Shown here: positions 8,115 to 18,300 of the stretch, in pieces
Layout of the letters: each line of letters begins with the position of its first letter
Position numbering within the stretch: the first letter of the stretch is position 1
From: a virus
DNA length: 64,000 nt
Direction: 5' to 3' (one strand)
Virus record (IMG/VR): IMGVR_UViG_3300009776_000830
Program-made: the position numbers and the translations under genes
The notes under the pieces: model-generated
Database searches by the model: none
The model's input: the letters and a program-made list of their open reading frames with translations, nothing else
What the model was told of the DNA's origin: nothing

Positions 8115-9515
8115 ATGGAAAAATTTAGCAACAAATATATTGATCAATTTGACGTTCTAAAAAAAGCTGTTCTCGGGTTTGAATTCGAGTTTTATACAGA
8201 CAGATCTTATTATAAATTATTGGAGCTGTTGAACAGGGAATTGGACCCAATTAAAATTTGGGGGCGTAGAAAATATCACTCGGATTTGAAACCAGATGCC
8301 GAAAATTTTAAAATAGAACCAGACTTGAGTATGGGAAATCAGGGTGTTGAATTAATCACAGGACCAATGCCATATCATAACGCCAAACTGATATTGTTGA
8401 AGATATTAAAAATTTTACAAACTCACGCTAAAACAGACGAAAAATGTTCTCTCCATATAAATGTTTCTTTTGATAAAAAACAAACAGATAAAACAATAGA
8501 CAAGTTAAATCGATTAAAAATTATTTTAGCTGTTGATGAAAATAATATTTACAAATACTTTCCAACAAGAAGAGATAATTTTTATGCCAAAACAGTAAAA
8601 AGGCTCGTCCCATTTAAAGGGTATGATTATACTAATGACGCCATAAATATACTTGTTCAAAATTTGCAGTTACCAGACACAAAATATTATGGTATAAATG
8701 TTAAGGAAATTGGTGATGGTAGATTGGAATTTAGATATATTGGTGACACTGATTATCAATTCAAAACCAAAGAAATTATCGAATTAATGGACTATTTTAT
8801 AATGTTGGCTTGGAACAGCATAAGTGAGGAATTGAATGATGATGAAATTGATTCCTTAAGAAAATATCTTGACGAAAACATAAATAACTTTAAGAACTTT
8901 AATAAATTTGAGAATTTTATTGCCGAATTTCCAACAATTCAATTAGAAATTGACAAAAACGATGAGTTTGTTGTTGTTAAGTCACATTACGGCCAAATAT
9001 ACCCGAAGATATATGATATGATTAAAAATATTGACAATTTAAATAATTGTATTATAAACTACGATACAAATACCAAAAAACTGGAATTGGTTGACGCTGA
9101 TTTTAAAACCATTTTTGAATTAAAATACATGACTATTATAGATAGTTCACCAAACGGCGGAACATACTTAAATTGTAGATTTATAGGGTGTGATATAAAA
9201 AATAGTCATTTATATAATTGTGAAATAATTGGAACAGAGGTATTTAATTGTAAGTGTGAGGATTGTAATATTGATCAAACCAGCGAACTGAAAAAGGTCT
9301 ATTTCAACGGCGGAAATATGGATGGTGATTTTGTCTCGGGAGTATTCAGATCCGGAAAAATTGGCGAATTTGGCGAATTGAAAGATGGTGTCAAAATAAT
9401 ATCTGACACAGACAGCTATTTCAATACCAATTTAGAAGATGACAACAAAGAATCCAGCAAACCGAAAGAAACAATTAAGAAATTAAACCCCTATACGAAT
9501 ACAGCTAAGTTTTAA
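8115..9515 (+). CDS. Putative amidoligase (COOH-NH2 ligase, Amidoligase_2-like)
   Basis: GFEFEF, KIEPDLS, VELITGP, SLHINVS, KYYGIN, LEFRY motifs in the expected order. Confidence 0.75.
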   Translation: MEKFSNKYIDQFDVLKKAVLGFEFEFYTDRSYYKLLELLNRELDPIKIWGRRKYHSDLKPDAENFKIEPDLSMGNQGVELITGPMPYHNAKLILLKILKILQTHAKTDEKCSLHINVSFDKKQTDKTIDKLNRLKIILAVDENNIYKYFPTRRDNFYAKTVKRLVPFKGYDYTNDAINILVQNLQLPDTKYYGINVKEIGDGRLEFRYIGDTDYQFKTKEIIELMDYFIMLAWNSISEELNDDEIDSLRKYLDENINNFKNFNKFENFIAEFPTIQLEIDKNDEFVVVKSHYGQIYPKIYDMIKNIDNLNNCIINYDTNTKKLELVDADFKTIFELKYMTIIDSSPNGGTYLNCRFIGCDIKNSHLYNCEIIGTEVFNCKCEDCNIDQTSELKKVYFNGGNMDGDFVSGVFRSGKIGEFGELKDGVKIISDTDSYFNTNLEDDNKESSKPKETIKKLNPYTNTAKF

Positions 9516-9973
9516 TCTAACATAAAAGATATTGTTTCGAGATCATTGGCTGTTTTGAAATCTGCCGGAACATCATTTAATTGAACTTTAACGAGATCTA
9601 TGTTCGCTGTTTCATTCATTCGATCGTTAAAAATTTTTATTTGTTGTTCCCTTTTTTCCAAGTGATCTTTGTAATCTTCGTTTAATTTTTTCATTTCATT
9701 TTCGAACGTTATTCTATCTCTTATAACATATAAATCTTTGTCTATTAATGGTTTACCATTATCATCCTTATCACTGAACGTTTCGCAAATCTCTATTCTT
9801 TTGTTTTCATATTCAATAACTTCTGGGTCGACATTTTTTATAAAATCGACTTCTTCTAATTTTTTGTCAATAATTTTTTTGTTTTTAAAAACGGCGTAAG
9901 CAAACTCAACGCCCTCGTATTTAGATAATTCATCTAATTTTTTTCTTATTTCAACAAGTTGATATAATATCAT
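9512..9973 (-). CDS. Hypothetical coiled-coil protein
   Basis: 153-aa ORF. Confidence 0.7.
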   Translation of the reverse strand: MILYQLVEIRKKLDELSKYEGVEFAYAVFKNKKIIDKKLEEVDFIKNVDPEVIEYENKRIEICETFSDKDDNGKPLIDKDLYVIRDRITFENEMKKLNEDYKDHLEKREQQIKIFNDRMNETANIDLVKVQLNDVPADFKTANDLETISFMLD

Positions 9974-10029
9974 AATTTTTAATATTTTTTTGAATATTAT
10001 AGATGGTTAAAAATAAAAAGTTTATAGAA

Positions 10030-11130
10030 TTATTTCTTTAATTCTTCTAACGACAATTCGGGTATGAATTCCAATAAATCATTTCTAGACAATTTTGTTA
10101 TTTGTCTGTCGTGATATATGTCTAATATTAGTCCATCCCACAATATTTTTTCAAATGATATTTCTGCATTTTCAAGGTAATCTCCAATTACATCGAGCTC
10201 ATATTCACATCTTTTTTGACACAAATTTATATCAACTATTTCATTGTTATAATATGATATATTTGATATGAAATTAAATTTATTATCTTTAAAATAAGAT
10301 ATTTCGGCATCCGACATATTTACTTCATATGGATGTGTGTCTAAAACATCTTGTGGAAGAGTTGGAGCTTTATAATATGTATCTGAGTATTCTACCTTTT
10401 TAGGATCTCTGACAGCTGGTAAAGACTGCCAATCTATTTTACAACAAGCGTCTGCGATCTTTGTTAAAAAATCAATATCTTGTTTTTCATTGACACTGTG
10501 TTGATCAAAATAACCAACAGATATATTTGTGCACTCTGATATGATGTCTCCAAACTCGGCTGAGTCACAGTACATACCAGTTGGATCTTTTTTATATGTG
10601 AATCCGTGTATCCCGAGTTCTTTTATTAAAGCGTCAGCAAAAACATCCGAGCAGCATCTTTGTTCCATTTGATGAGTAATAACACAGTCATAGCCCTTTC
10701 TATCAAAAGCCACTACTTTTTTAATTTTATCATATCTATGTTCTTGTTTGTCTTGTATTTTTTTGGATAATTTGCTTGAACCAACACAGCCTTTTTCTTC
10801 TCCGACAGTAAAAAGATACGCCCCCGTGACACCTCTTTCTATCATTTCTAACATTATAACAACTCCAGCTTTATCATCGGCTCCCAATATTGTTTTTCCA
10901 TCTGTTTTCACCATATTATCTTGTATGACGTGTGTGACTGCCACAGAATTGACCGGTCCAACTGTATCTAAATGCGCACAAAAAAGAGTATCGGACTCAC
11001 CAATGTTGAAATATAAATTACCAAATTGATCTTTTAATAAATTTTCTGGTAATAATTCATAAACATTTTTTTCTGTTCCGAGAGGATATGTTACCTTTGT
11101 TAGTTCAATAAATTTTTCTTTTATGTTCAT
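10030..11130 (-). CDS. M28/M20-family zinc peptidase
   Basis: AHLDTV, GADDKAG, GEEKGCVGS, AFDR metal-binding motifs. Confidence 0.9.
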   Translation of the reverse strand: MNIKEKFIELTKVTYPLGTEKNVYELLPENLLKDQFGNLYFNIGESDTLFCAHLDTVGPVNSVAVTHVIQDNMVKTDGKTILGADDKAGVVIMLEMIERGVTGAYLFTVGEEKGCVGSSKLSKKIQDKQEHRYDKIKKVVAFDRKGYDCVITHQMEQRCCSDVFADALIKELGIHGFTYKKDPTGMYCDSAEFGDIISECTNISVGYFDQHSVNEKQDIDFLTKIADACCKIDWQSLPAVRDPKKVEYSDTYYKAPTLPQDVLDTHPYEVNMSDAEISYFKDNKFNFISNISYYNNEIVDINLCQKRCEYELDVIGDYLENAEISFEKILWDGLILDIYHDRQITKLSRNDLLEFIPELSLEELKK

Positions 11131-11182
11131 TTTTTATTTTTATTTTTTTGTTGAAAATATTTTTTAAATAAGAAATATTATC

Positions 11183-11190
11183 TAAATTTG
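11183..11190 (+). promoter_or_regulatory. Bacteroidota-type -7 promoter box TAnnTTTG
   Basis: TAAATTTG in the intergenic region upstream of 11243. Confidence 0.35.
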
Positions 11191-11242
11191 CCAGTTGAAT
11201 ATTATATATTAAAATAAATTTTCACGAAAATAAAAAAAAACA

Positions 11243-12520
11243 ATGAAAATTGAAAATACTACGGTGTGTTATTCCCCCAGGTTTAGGGAAATTTTGATAA
11301 GTATAAATAGTGGAATATCAATGTTCCTTTTGAATGTGGAAAATAATTCTGATTATCTTTATCCATTCAGTTATATTGATCTAACAGATAATGGAGATAT
11401 GCTTTCTTTTTTATCATCTGATAGAATGTATGACTATGAAGAACGTGAGCATTTTTGGTCATCTAAAAAAAGAAGTGTTGCTAGAGTCGGTAAATTGGTT
11501 GGCAGATTACTTCCAGTTTTATCTTCAAAAGATATTGAAGATTTTGTTAATGCCTATCGATCGGAGTTTAACACTAATAATGACATATCGTTTGAAATAG
11601 TAAATGGTAATGATATTATAAAATATTACAATGGATCTACTTATGAACAAGGCAATGGCTCCTTGAATCGTTCGTGTATGCGGCACGATAAATGTTGTAA
11701 ATATATGGACATATATCGTCAGAATTCAAATATTAATATGGTTATACTTTTGAATAAAAAGAAAAGGAGAATTCTTGGTAGAGCATTATTGTGGAAATTG
11801 ACTGAGCCATCTGGCATCTATTTAATGGATAGAATATATACAGTCGATGATTCAATTGTTCATTTGTTCAAAAAAATAGCAAAGAAAAACGGATGGTTGT
11901 ATAAAACTAAGCAAACTTTTGATTGTGTTGATGTAATAGATACTGATGAAAAAGAGAAATTTATCAAAATGAAAGTCCAACTTGAATGTGGCTCAGATTA
12001 TTATCCATATTTGGACACTTTGTTGTATTTCAATAGAAAAAATCTATATTTAACAAATGATATTGAAGATTTTAAAACCAATTCTGATATTATAAAGCTT
12101 CGAGATATAAATGGAGGAAATCAAGATAATGAAAATTTTGTTTATGATAGTATCAATGATGCGATGATTCATATAGATGATTCGATATATTGTTATTATG
12201 GCGACATTTACACACATAAAAATTTGGCTTTTTTCTCAGAGTCAGATAAAGAATATATATCTCCAAATAATTTGAGATATTCCAAGACAGAAGATAAATT
12301 TCTTCATAAACGTAATAGTGTTTTTTCTTATTTTTTAAATGATTTTATACATACAGATAATGCTGTGAGAGTTTATTTGAACAAAGAGAAAGAATTTGAT
12401 TTTATGCCAGTTTCTATGAAAGATAAAGAATTTATGAGAGATGAAATGAGTGGAGATTTTTATATCAGTGAATTATTGAGGAAAATAAAAAAAGGAAAAT
12501 ATGTTTTAAATGAAAGATAA
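11243..12520 (+). CDS. Conserved phage protein (SCMRH..RILGRALLW..MDRIY) with an N-domain homologous to 4112/5234
   Basis: Motifs seen in the translation; N-terminal SPRF..SYID..DMLSFL. Confidence 0.75.
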   Translation: MKIENTTVCYSPRFREILISINSGISMFLLNVENNSDYLYPFSYIDLTDNGDMLSFLSSDRMYDYEEREHFWSSKKRSVARVGKLVGRLLPVLSSKDIEDFVNAYRSEFNTNNDISFEIVNGNDIIKYYNGSTYEQGNGSLNRSCMRHDKCCKYMDIYRQNSNINMVILLNKKKRRILGRALLWKLTEPSGIYLMDRIYTVDDSIVHLFKKIAKKNGWLYKTKQTFDCVDVIDTDEKEKFIKMKVQLECGSDYYPYLDTLLYFNRKNLYLTNDIEDFKTNSDIIKLRDINGGNQDNENFVYDSINDAMIHIDDSIYCYYGDIYTHKNLAFFSESDKEYISPNNLRYSKTEDKFLHKRNSVFSYFLNDFIHTDNAVRVYLNKEKEFDFMPVSMKDKEFMRDEMSGDFYISELLRKIKKGKYVLNER

Positions 12521-12968
12521 AATTGTTATAAAAAATAAAAAAGCTTTTTTTAACTATGATATAGTAGAAAAAGAAGTGGCTGGAATAATTCTCCTTGGGC
12601 CAGAGGTCAAATCTGTTAGAAATTCTAATGTGAGTTTTAATGATTCATATTGCCTATTCATAAACAATGAGTTATGGATAAGAAATCTTCATATATCAGA
12701 ATATGAAAATTCATCATCTACAGATAAATATGATCCAAAAAGAGATCGTAAACTCCTTATTACAAAAGAACAAATAAGAAAATTTAAAAGAAAAATAGAA
12801 GAAAAAGGATTTACCATTATACCTCTAAACATATTGGTAAATGAGGAAGGGATCATAAAAATTGAAATCGCTCTGGCTAGAGGAAAGAAAGAATATGACA
12901 AGAGAAATGATATAGATGAAAGAGACAATAAGAAAAAATTAGATAGAATATTAAAAAATTATATATAA
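12510..12968 (+). CDS. smpB: SsrA (tmRNA)-binding protein SmpB
   Basis: NKKAFFNYDI, AGIILLGPEVKSVR, RDRKLL, GKKEYDKR C-terminal tail. Confidence 0.95.
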   Translation: MKDKIVIKNKKAFFNYDIVEKEVAGIILLGPEVKSVRNSNVSFNDSYCLFINNELWIRNLHISEYENSSSTDKYDPKRDRKLLITKEQIRKFKRKIEEKGFTIIPLNILVNEEGIIKIEIALARGKKEYDKRNDIDERDNKKKLDRILKNYI

Positions 12969-12998
12969 TATTTTAATATATATAAATAAAAAACTTAT

Positions 12999-13427
12999 TT
13001 GAAAAAATTTTTATTTATTTTATTTCTATTATTTTTTACTATTTCTTGTGAAAAGAGCGAATCAGATGATTATAGGGACACATTTTGTTATAAATGGGTT
13101 GGAAAAGTTTATATAGATACTCCAACTTGGAGCACAGAGCGAGAAAATACGATTTTTATAGTCAATGCATACAATCAAGAAGATTTGATGATATCGACTA
13201 TGGGTGGTGTTGGACAAGCTTCTGTGACAAATCAGAACACTTATGATTATTATATTTTTGAAATAGGCTCACCTTCAAATAGTTGTGGTGTAACATCTAG
13301 TGTTGAATATAGAGGATCTGGCGTGGTGAAAGGTGACAGTTTATTTGAAAGCGGCACTGTAATAATTGGTCAAAATGGCGTTATAACAAAAGGAAATTGG
13401 AAAAGTGCTTCAAAGAAAATATTATAA
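12999..13427 (+). CDS. Putative lipoprotein
   Basis: MKK + hydrophobic stretch + lipobox FTISC followed by acidic residues (Bacteroidetes-like). Confidence 0.65.
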   Translation: MKKFLFILFLLFFTISCEKSESDDYRDTFCYKWVGKVYIDTPTWSTERENTIFIVNAYNQEDLMISTMGGVGQASVTNQNTYDYYIFEIGSPSNSCGVTSSVEYRGSGVVKGDSLFESGTVIIGQNGVITKGNWKSASKKIL

Positions 13428-13451
13428 TTTTTTTATATAATAAATTATTAT

Positions 13452-13459
13452 TAATTTTG
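13452..13459 (+). promoter_or_regulatory. Bacteroidota-type -7 promoter box TAnnTTTG
   Basis: TAATTTTG 18 nt before ATG 13478; same box at 14473 and 56122. Confidence 0.5.
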
Positions 13460-13477
13460 TAAAAATAAAGAAAAATT

Positions 13478-13654
13478 ATGAAAGAAGATTTTTCAGAAGA
13501 AAGAGAAGCAAGAGAAAAACGTATGATAAAAGCAAAATTAATCATCGCTAAAAAGAAATATAAATTGCTTCAAGAAAGATTATTAACCAATAAAATCCTT
13601 TTTGATTATGTTCAGAAAAGGGATGTTGATCCATTTGATGTAGATGAATGGTAA
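13478..13654 (+). CDS. Small protein (58 aa) ending DPFDVDEW
   Basis: Manual translation MKEDFSEEREAREKRMIK...RDVDPFDVDEW*. Confidence 0.6.
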   Translation: MKEDFSEEREAREKRMIKAKLIIAKKKYKLLQERLLTNKILFDYVQKRDVDPFDVDEW

Positions 13655-13666
13655 ATTTACTTTGTT

Positions 13667-14434
13667 ATGATTTTTGAATATACTCCAGAAAAAATAGTTT
13701 CTTTGAAGCCAAATGAAATTTTTGTGTTTGGATCGAATGCTGAAGGCCGCCACGGAAAAGGAGCAGCTTTAGATGCTTTAAAATATTTTGGGGCAGTCTA
13801 CGGGCAACCAGATGGATTACAAATGCCTGCACATAAATTCGAAGGAAGAATGGTATATGCTTATGGGAAGCAGAAAAGAGATGACATAAAATCAATTAAT
13901 ACTATAGACGCGGTTGAATGTGGGGAAAGAAAAGCTACAACTCGTTTTTATTATGACGGGCATATCGATTATTGGGCTTCGGTAAATATAGGTGACATAA
14001 TAAAATGGGTTGGGGAACACAAAAACGTGTTGGTTAAAGTAACAAAACCACTGACAAAATTAGATGAAAATATTGATGCTGAAACTTGGAGTAAATTGGA
14101 AGGATGGAACGTAGAATATTTTTATAAAAACATAAAACCAAGAATATCATTAGCTTATCAAATGGAATTTGAGGTTCTCCCACAATCTTATGCTATAATA
14201 ACAAAAAAGGATTTTAGAAAAGAAAAATCATCTTCAATTGAAGAAATAAAAAACGGTATTATAAAAATGTTTCTCTTTGCTGATAAAAATCCCCATAAAA
14301 AACTGTTAGTGACTAAAATAGGGAGTTCACTAGCTGGATATACAGTGGATGAAATTAAAAATATCTTCGAAGAATTAAAAAATAAAATACCTGATAATGT
14401 TGTTCTACCAATAGAATATGAAGTGAGAGATTAA
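13667..14434 (+). CDS. Macrodomain-like phage protein (EIFVFGSN family) with an inserted ASCH-like domain
   Basis: EIFVFGSNAEGRHGKGAA..GAVYGQPDGLQ and QSYAIITK..VTKIGSSLAG separated by GERKATTR..IGDIIKW..EGW. Confidence 0.65.
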   Translation: MIFEYTPEKIVSLKPNEIFVFGSNAEGRHGKGAALDALKYFGAVYGQPDGLQMPAHKFEGRMVYAYGKQKRDDIKSINTIDAVECGERKATTRFYYDGHIDYWASVNIGDIIKWVGEHKNVLVKVTKPLTKLDENIDAETWSKLEGWNVEYFYKNIKPRISLAYQMEFEVLPQSYAIITKKDFRKEKSSSIEEIKNGIIKMFLFADKNPHKKLLVTKIGSSLAGYTVDEIKNIFEELKNKIPDNVVLPIEYEVRD

Positions 14435-14513
14435 TTTTCCTCATTTTATTTTTTTATTTCTAAATGTTTCTTTAATTTTGTTTCTAGTTTAAAACAATAA
14501 AATATAAAAAGAT

Positions 14514-15053
14514 ATGGTAACAGTTGCTGTAAATCTCGAAACGGTTAAAAATGATTATCCTGAAAAATTCGATGAATATGTTAGAATTCTTCGCTCAAGC
14601 ACTAGCAAAGATAAAGATGCTCCAGAGGAAAAGTTCAATTTTATTTATTCTTTTAGTTATTTTTTAAAAAAGGGAAGAGCTAATGAAGAATATTATGAAA
14701 ATTTGGTTCATATGAAATTCGATGAAAGACTCGAAGAAGAGATGAATAAAGTGAGAGTTACTATGACAATGGCGGCTGGTAATTTTTATATTTCTGATAG
14801 AGTGAGTGGTGTACCAGAAATAATCAAGTCGATTGTTAAAATGATAACTGTAAAGAAAATGCTCAGCGAGCAAGAAATGATAGAAGATCTCGATGTAATT
14901 AATTCTATACCTGAGGACGATTTGAAAAATGCCAAAACTGAAGAGGAAGCTAAACCACTTTCACTAGACGATCAATTGAAACATGCTATTGATGTAGAGG
15001 ATTATATGGAAGCAGCTAGAATTCGAGATCTCATAAACGCTCAAAATGAATGA
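14514..15053 (+). CDS. Hypothetical protein with C-terminal UVR (UvrB/C) coiled-coil motif
   Basis: LDDQLKHAIDVEDYMEAARIRDLI. Confidence 0.7.
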   Translation: MVTVAVNLETVKNDYPEKFDEYVRILRSSTSKDKDAPEEKFNFIYSFSYFLKKGRANEEYYENLVHMKFDERLEEEMNKVRVTMTMAAGNFYISDRVSGVPEIIKSIVKMITVKKMLSEQEMIEDLDVINSIPEDDLKNAKTEEEAKPLSLDDQLKHAIDVEDYMEAARIRDLINAQNE

Positions 15054-15068
15054 CATGGCAAAACTTGT

Positions 15069-15323
15069 TTATTTGCCAATTTTATTTAGTAACTCTTGAA
15101 TTTTTTTATCTATTTGATATTCATATTGCGGATATCTATCTTTAATTTTTTCTAATTTTTCAATAGTGACATATACAAAATCAGCCATTTCAACACCTAT
15201 TCCATCAAATATTTCATCATAAGACTCGTCTTCAATATCTTTAATGATTTTTTTTATATCTGGTTCATTTATTGATGATGCCATCTGTTCAAATTTTTTT
15301 AAATGTTTGAATTCTTTTTTCAT
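15069..15323 (-). CDS. Small CTS-bearing protein
   Basis: MKKEFKHLKKFEQMASSINE; TAATATATA box at 15339-15347 on the minus strand. Confidence 0.7.
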   Translation of the reverse strand: MKKEFKHLKKFEQMASSINEPDIKKIIKDIEDESYDEIFDGIGVEMADFVYVTIEKLEKIKDRYPQYEYQIDKKIQELLNKIGK

Positions 15324-15364
15324 GTGAATTTTTATTTTTATATATTATTATTTTAATCTCATTT

Positions 15365-18300
15365 TTAATAATAAGTAGATGTGCTTTTTGTTCTTATGAA
15401 ATAATCTTTATCCCAAGAAGATTTGAATATAAATCGATCTGAATATCCATATCCATATTCATCTATTCTTGGATATATTAAATATGCTTCCAGCATATTG
15501 TCCAAAAAGTTCTTGTTCTCATTCACTTTTGAATAGATGATTTCATCTATTTTACCAAAGTTTGTCAGAGATGTATCAAATTTATAATTGTTATCAAAAT
15601 AAACTTGATTTGAATAAGTGTATATTCTGTTTTCGATTTCATAATAAGCCGTAATAGTAATATAATCTATAGCAGCAATAGTTATACCATTTTGATCAGA
15701 ATCATTATGTATTTTTAACTGTAAGTCTAGAGCAAAATTATCACTTAATAGATCATCAATAGTAATTGGATTTGGATCATCCCATAAATCGGTTGGTCCT
15801 CCATAGACTATTTCTGTTTTACCTGTTCCCCAGTTATCTGATAGGGCTTTATTAGAATAATATTGTAATCCATTTTTTAACATAAATTGATTATCAGAGC
15901 AATATATATTGGATGTGTTGTAATTAGCTTTTCTCATCATTTTAACTTCAACTCCCAATAGTGTTATTATTGATGTGGCGCCAGATGGCATTGAGCTGAA
16001 ATTTATGCCAGACAAACTTAAAATTGGTGTTAAAAATTCATTTGTTGATGGCGGGGCTTTAAATTCTATAGGATAATCTACAGGGCTTCTATTTAATGAT
16101 CCTATTATGGTGTTATTATAATCTTCACTGGCAATCATTCTACCTGGCGCTATTTGTGGTGTTGAATATTGATATCCAGATTCGGCACTATTTATACAAC
16201 TAAAATATATTTTTAATTTGAAATCATCTATCTCGCACATAGGAGCAATGGAATCCTCCCCTTCATTGTGAATATCAAACATTAAGTTCAATCCAAAATT
16301 TGAATCTATTAAATCATTAACAGTTATTGAAGTGCCCCATAGATCATCTTGGCCACCATATGTTATTGTTTCTTCAGTGGTTGACCAATTATTTGGGTTA
16401 GCTTTATTTAATCCGCCTATTGTTAGTTCAACAATTTGATCCACACAAAAATTTGTTGCTGAATCATTAGAAGATTTTCTTTTTAATTGAATTTCAATTC
16501 CAACTATTTTTTTATTGTTTCCACCAATAGTTTCTGGACCAGAGCAAGGAAATAGAATTGGATCTACAAAGTTAGATAAAGCTAATCCGAATTCTTTGAA
16601 TGTCAGTGTGGGCGAGTTAAAATCAGACACTCTATTTGGCACAGTACAAGTTATAAATTCATATGCCCCAGATTGGTTAGATGCTATATTTACATCAAAA
16701 ACTATTTCACCATTTATATCTTGTTCGTATTCTTTTGGAACAGATGTTAAATATCCATCGACAAAAACAGAAGAATAGTCGATGTCAAAATAGAAATATC
16801 CACCCTTGAAAAGATCAATATCTTTAAATATTGGTTCATAGTACCCTAAATATCTATAAATTTGAACTTTATATGACGATGATTCATCAAATGTTAAAAC
16901 AGTCGCACCATAATCATTATCTATGGAATCAATGTAAAAGGGATCAGTCCAATAACAATCGTTATTTAATTCGATTTCAGTTGGAAATTCAGCATTTATA
17001 ACAAAATTCGTATAAGCGTAAGGCCAATCTGGTATTTGTGTCATTGTTGAGTTGGTTGTATCATTGATATATGTTCCACCATTATATAGCTCGTCGTTTA
17101 TTTCTCTTATACAATAATATTTTACTTTTATTCCATAATCCCCATTATAATCATTTAGAGCCATAATAAAATTGGATGCTATAAAAATATTTGGGTTATA
17201 GTAATTTGTTATGCCGGTATCTCCAAATAGATCTTTACCATAATACAGACCGTCTTTTTGTTCGTATAAAGACACATCATTCAAACGGTAAGTGTCACCA
17301 AAATGTATGCTAGTATTTAATATTATTAGGACATTTTTATATTTCTCGTTTAATATTACATTGATACAATTTTCAGATGTGTTTATTAGATTATTTGGAT
17401 CAAATATTCCAAAAGTTGGAGATGGATTATAATTTTCATTCAGAACGATAGAAAATTTATAACCATTAAAATCTTTGTTTCCATACAATATCTTTTTAAC
17501 TACACCACCTTCAATATAAATGTTTTTAACTTCTTTTATTTTAAATTTAATACCTTTAAATAAAGTGTTTGAATAAACATTTTCATCTCCACCATTAAAA
17601 ACTGAGTATTTATCGAAGTTTTTAAAATATATTATACCATTGTCTTCGTATTTCATTTTATTTTTGAAAAAATAAGTAAAATAGTCAAATGACAAATTAA
17701 AATATGATTCGACATCAAATCTTTTTACACTATTATCCAAATAGTCGTCTTGTTGTATATTGGTTGATTGATTTTTATAATAAACATAGTTTGATGTGTC
17801 TCCACTATAAAACGTTCCCAGCCTATAAAAATAATCTAAATTTTTAGATAATATTTCTGGATAAGTCAATAAAGGATTTGATGTTCTGTTGAAAATTCCA
17901 CCAGCTTCATTATTATTATTTAACTTATATGGATAATCAGAATGACTTATTGATCCAACAAATCCCCATTTCACAATAGATTGATTTTTTCTCCATATTT
18001 CATTTAGATCGTATATGTCTTCAACCGTGCCATCCTCTAATGTCATTTTATTGTTTGAGCCCGTACTCACTATTTCATATAACTCATCATCCGCAATATA
18101 CTCTGATGATACATTTTCAATTTTATCTTGATTTTCAGATCCATATCCACCTAACCTTTTTTCTGGTGGAATCGAATTATCGTTATAATCATAAGTGTAC
18201 AATTTTTCTTCTGTCGTGTCAACGTATTGTGTTTGCTCGTAATCAAAATCAGAGTATTTAGTATTCACTCTATCATAATCGAAATCTTTTATATCAGTAA

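Noticed and set aside
12969-13480. tmRNA gene next to smpB
   Set aside because: Region is occupied by a lipoprotein ORF and AT-rich spacers; no GGGG..tRNA-like ends or tag-peptide frame recognised.
15056-15078. Short TGGCAAA/TTTGCCA hairpin between convergent genes
   Set aside because: Only a 7-bp stem that overlaps a stop codon; plausible terminator but too weak to call.
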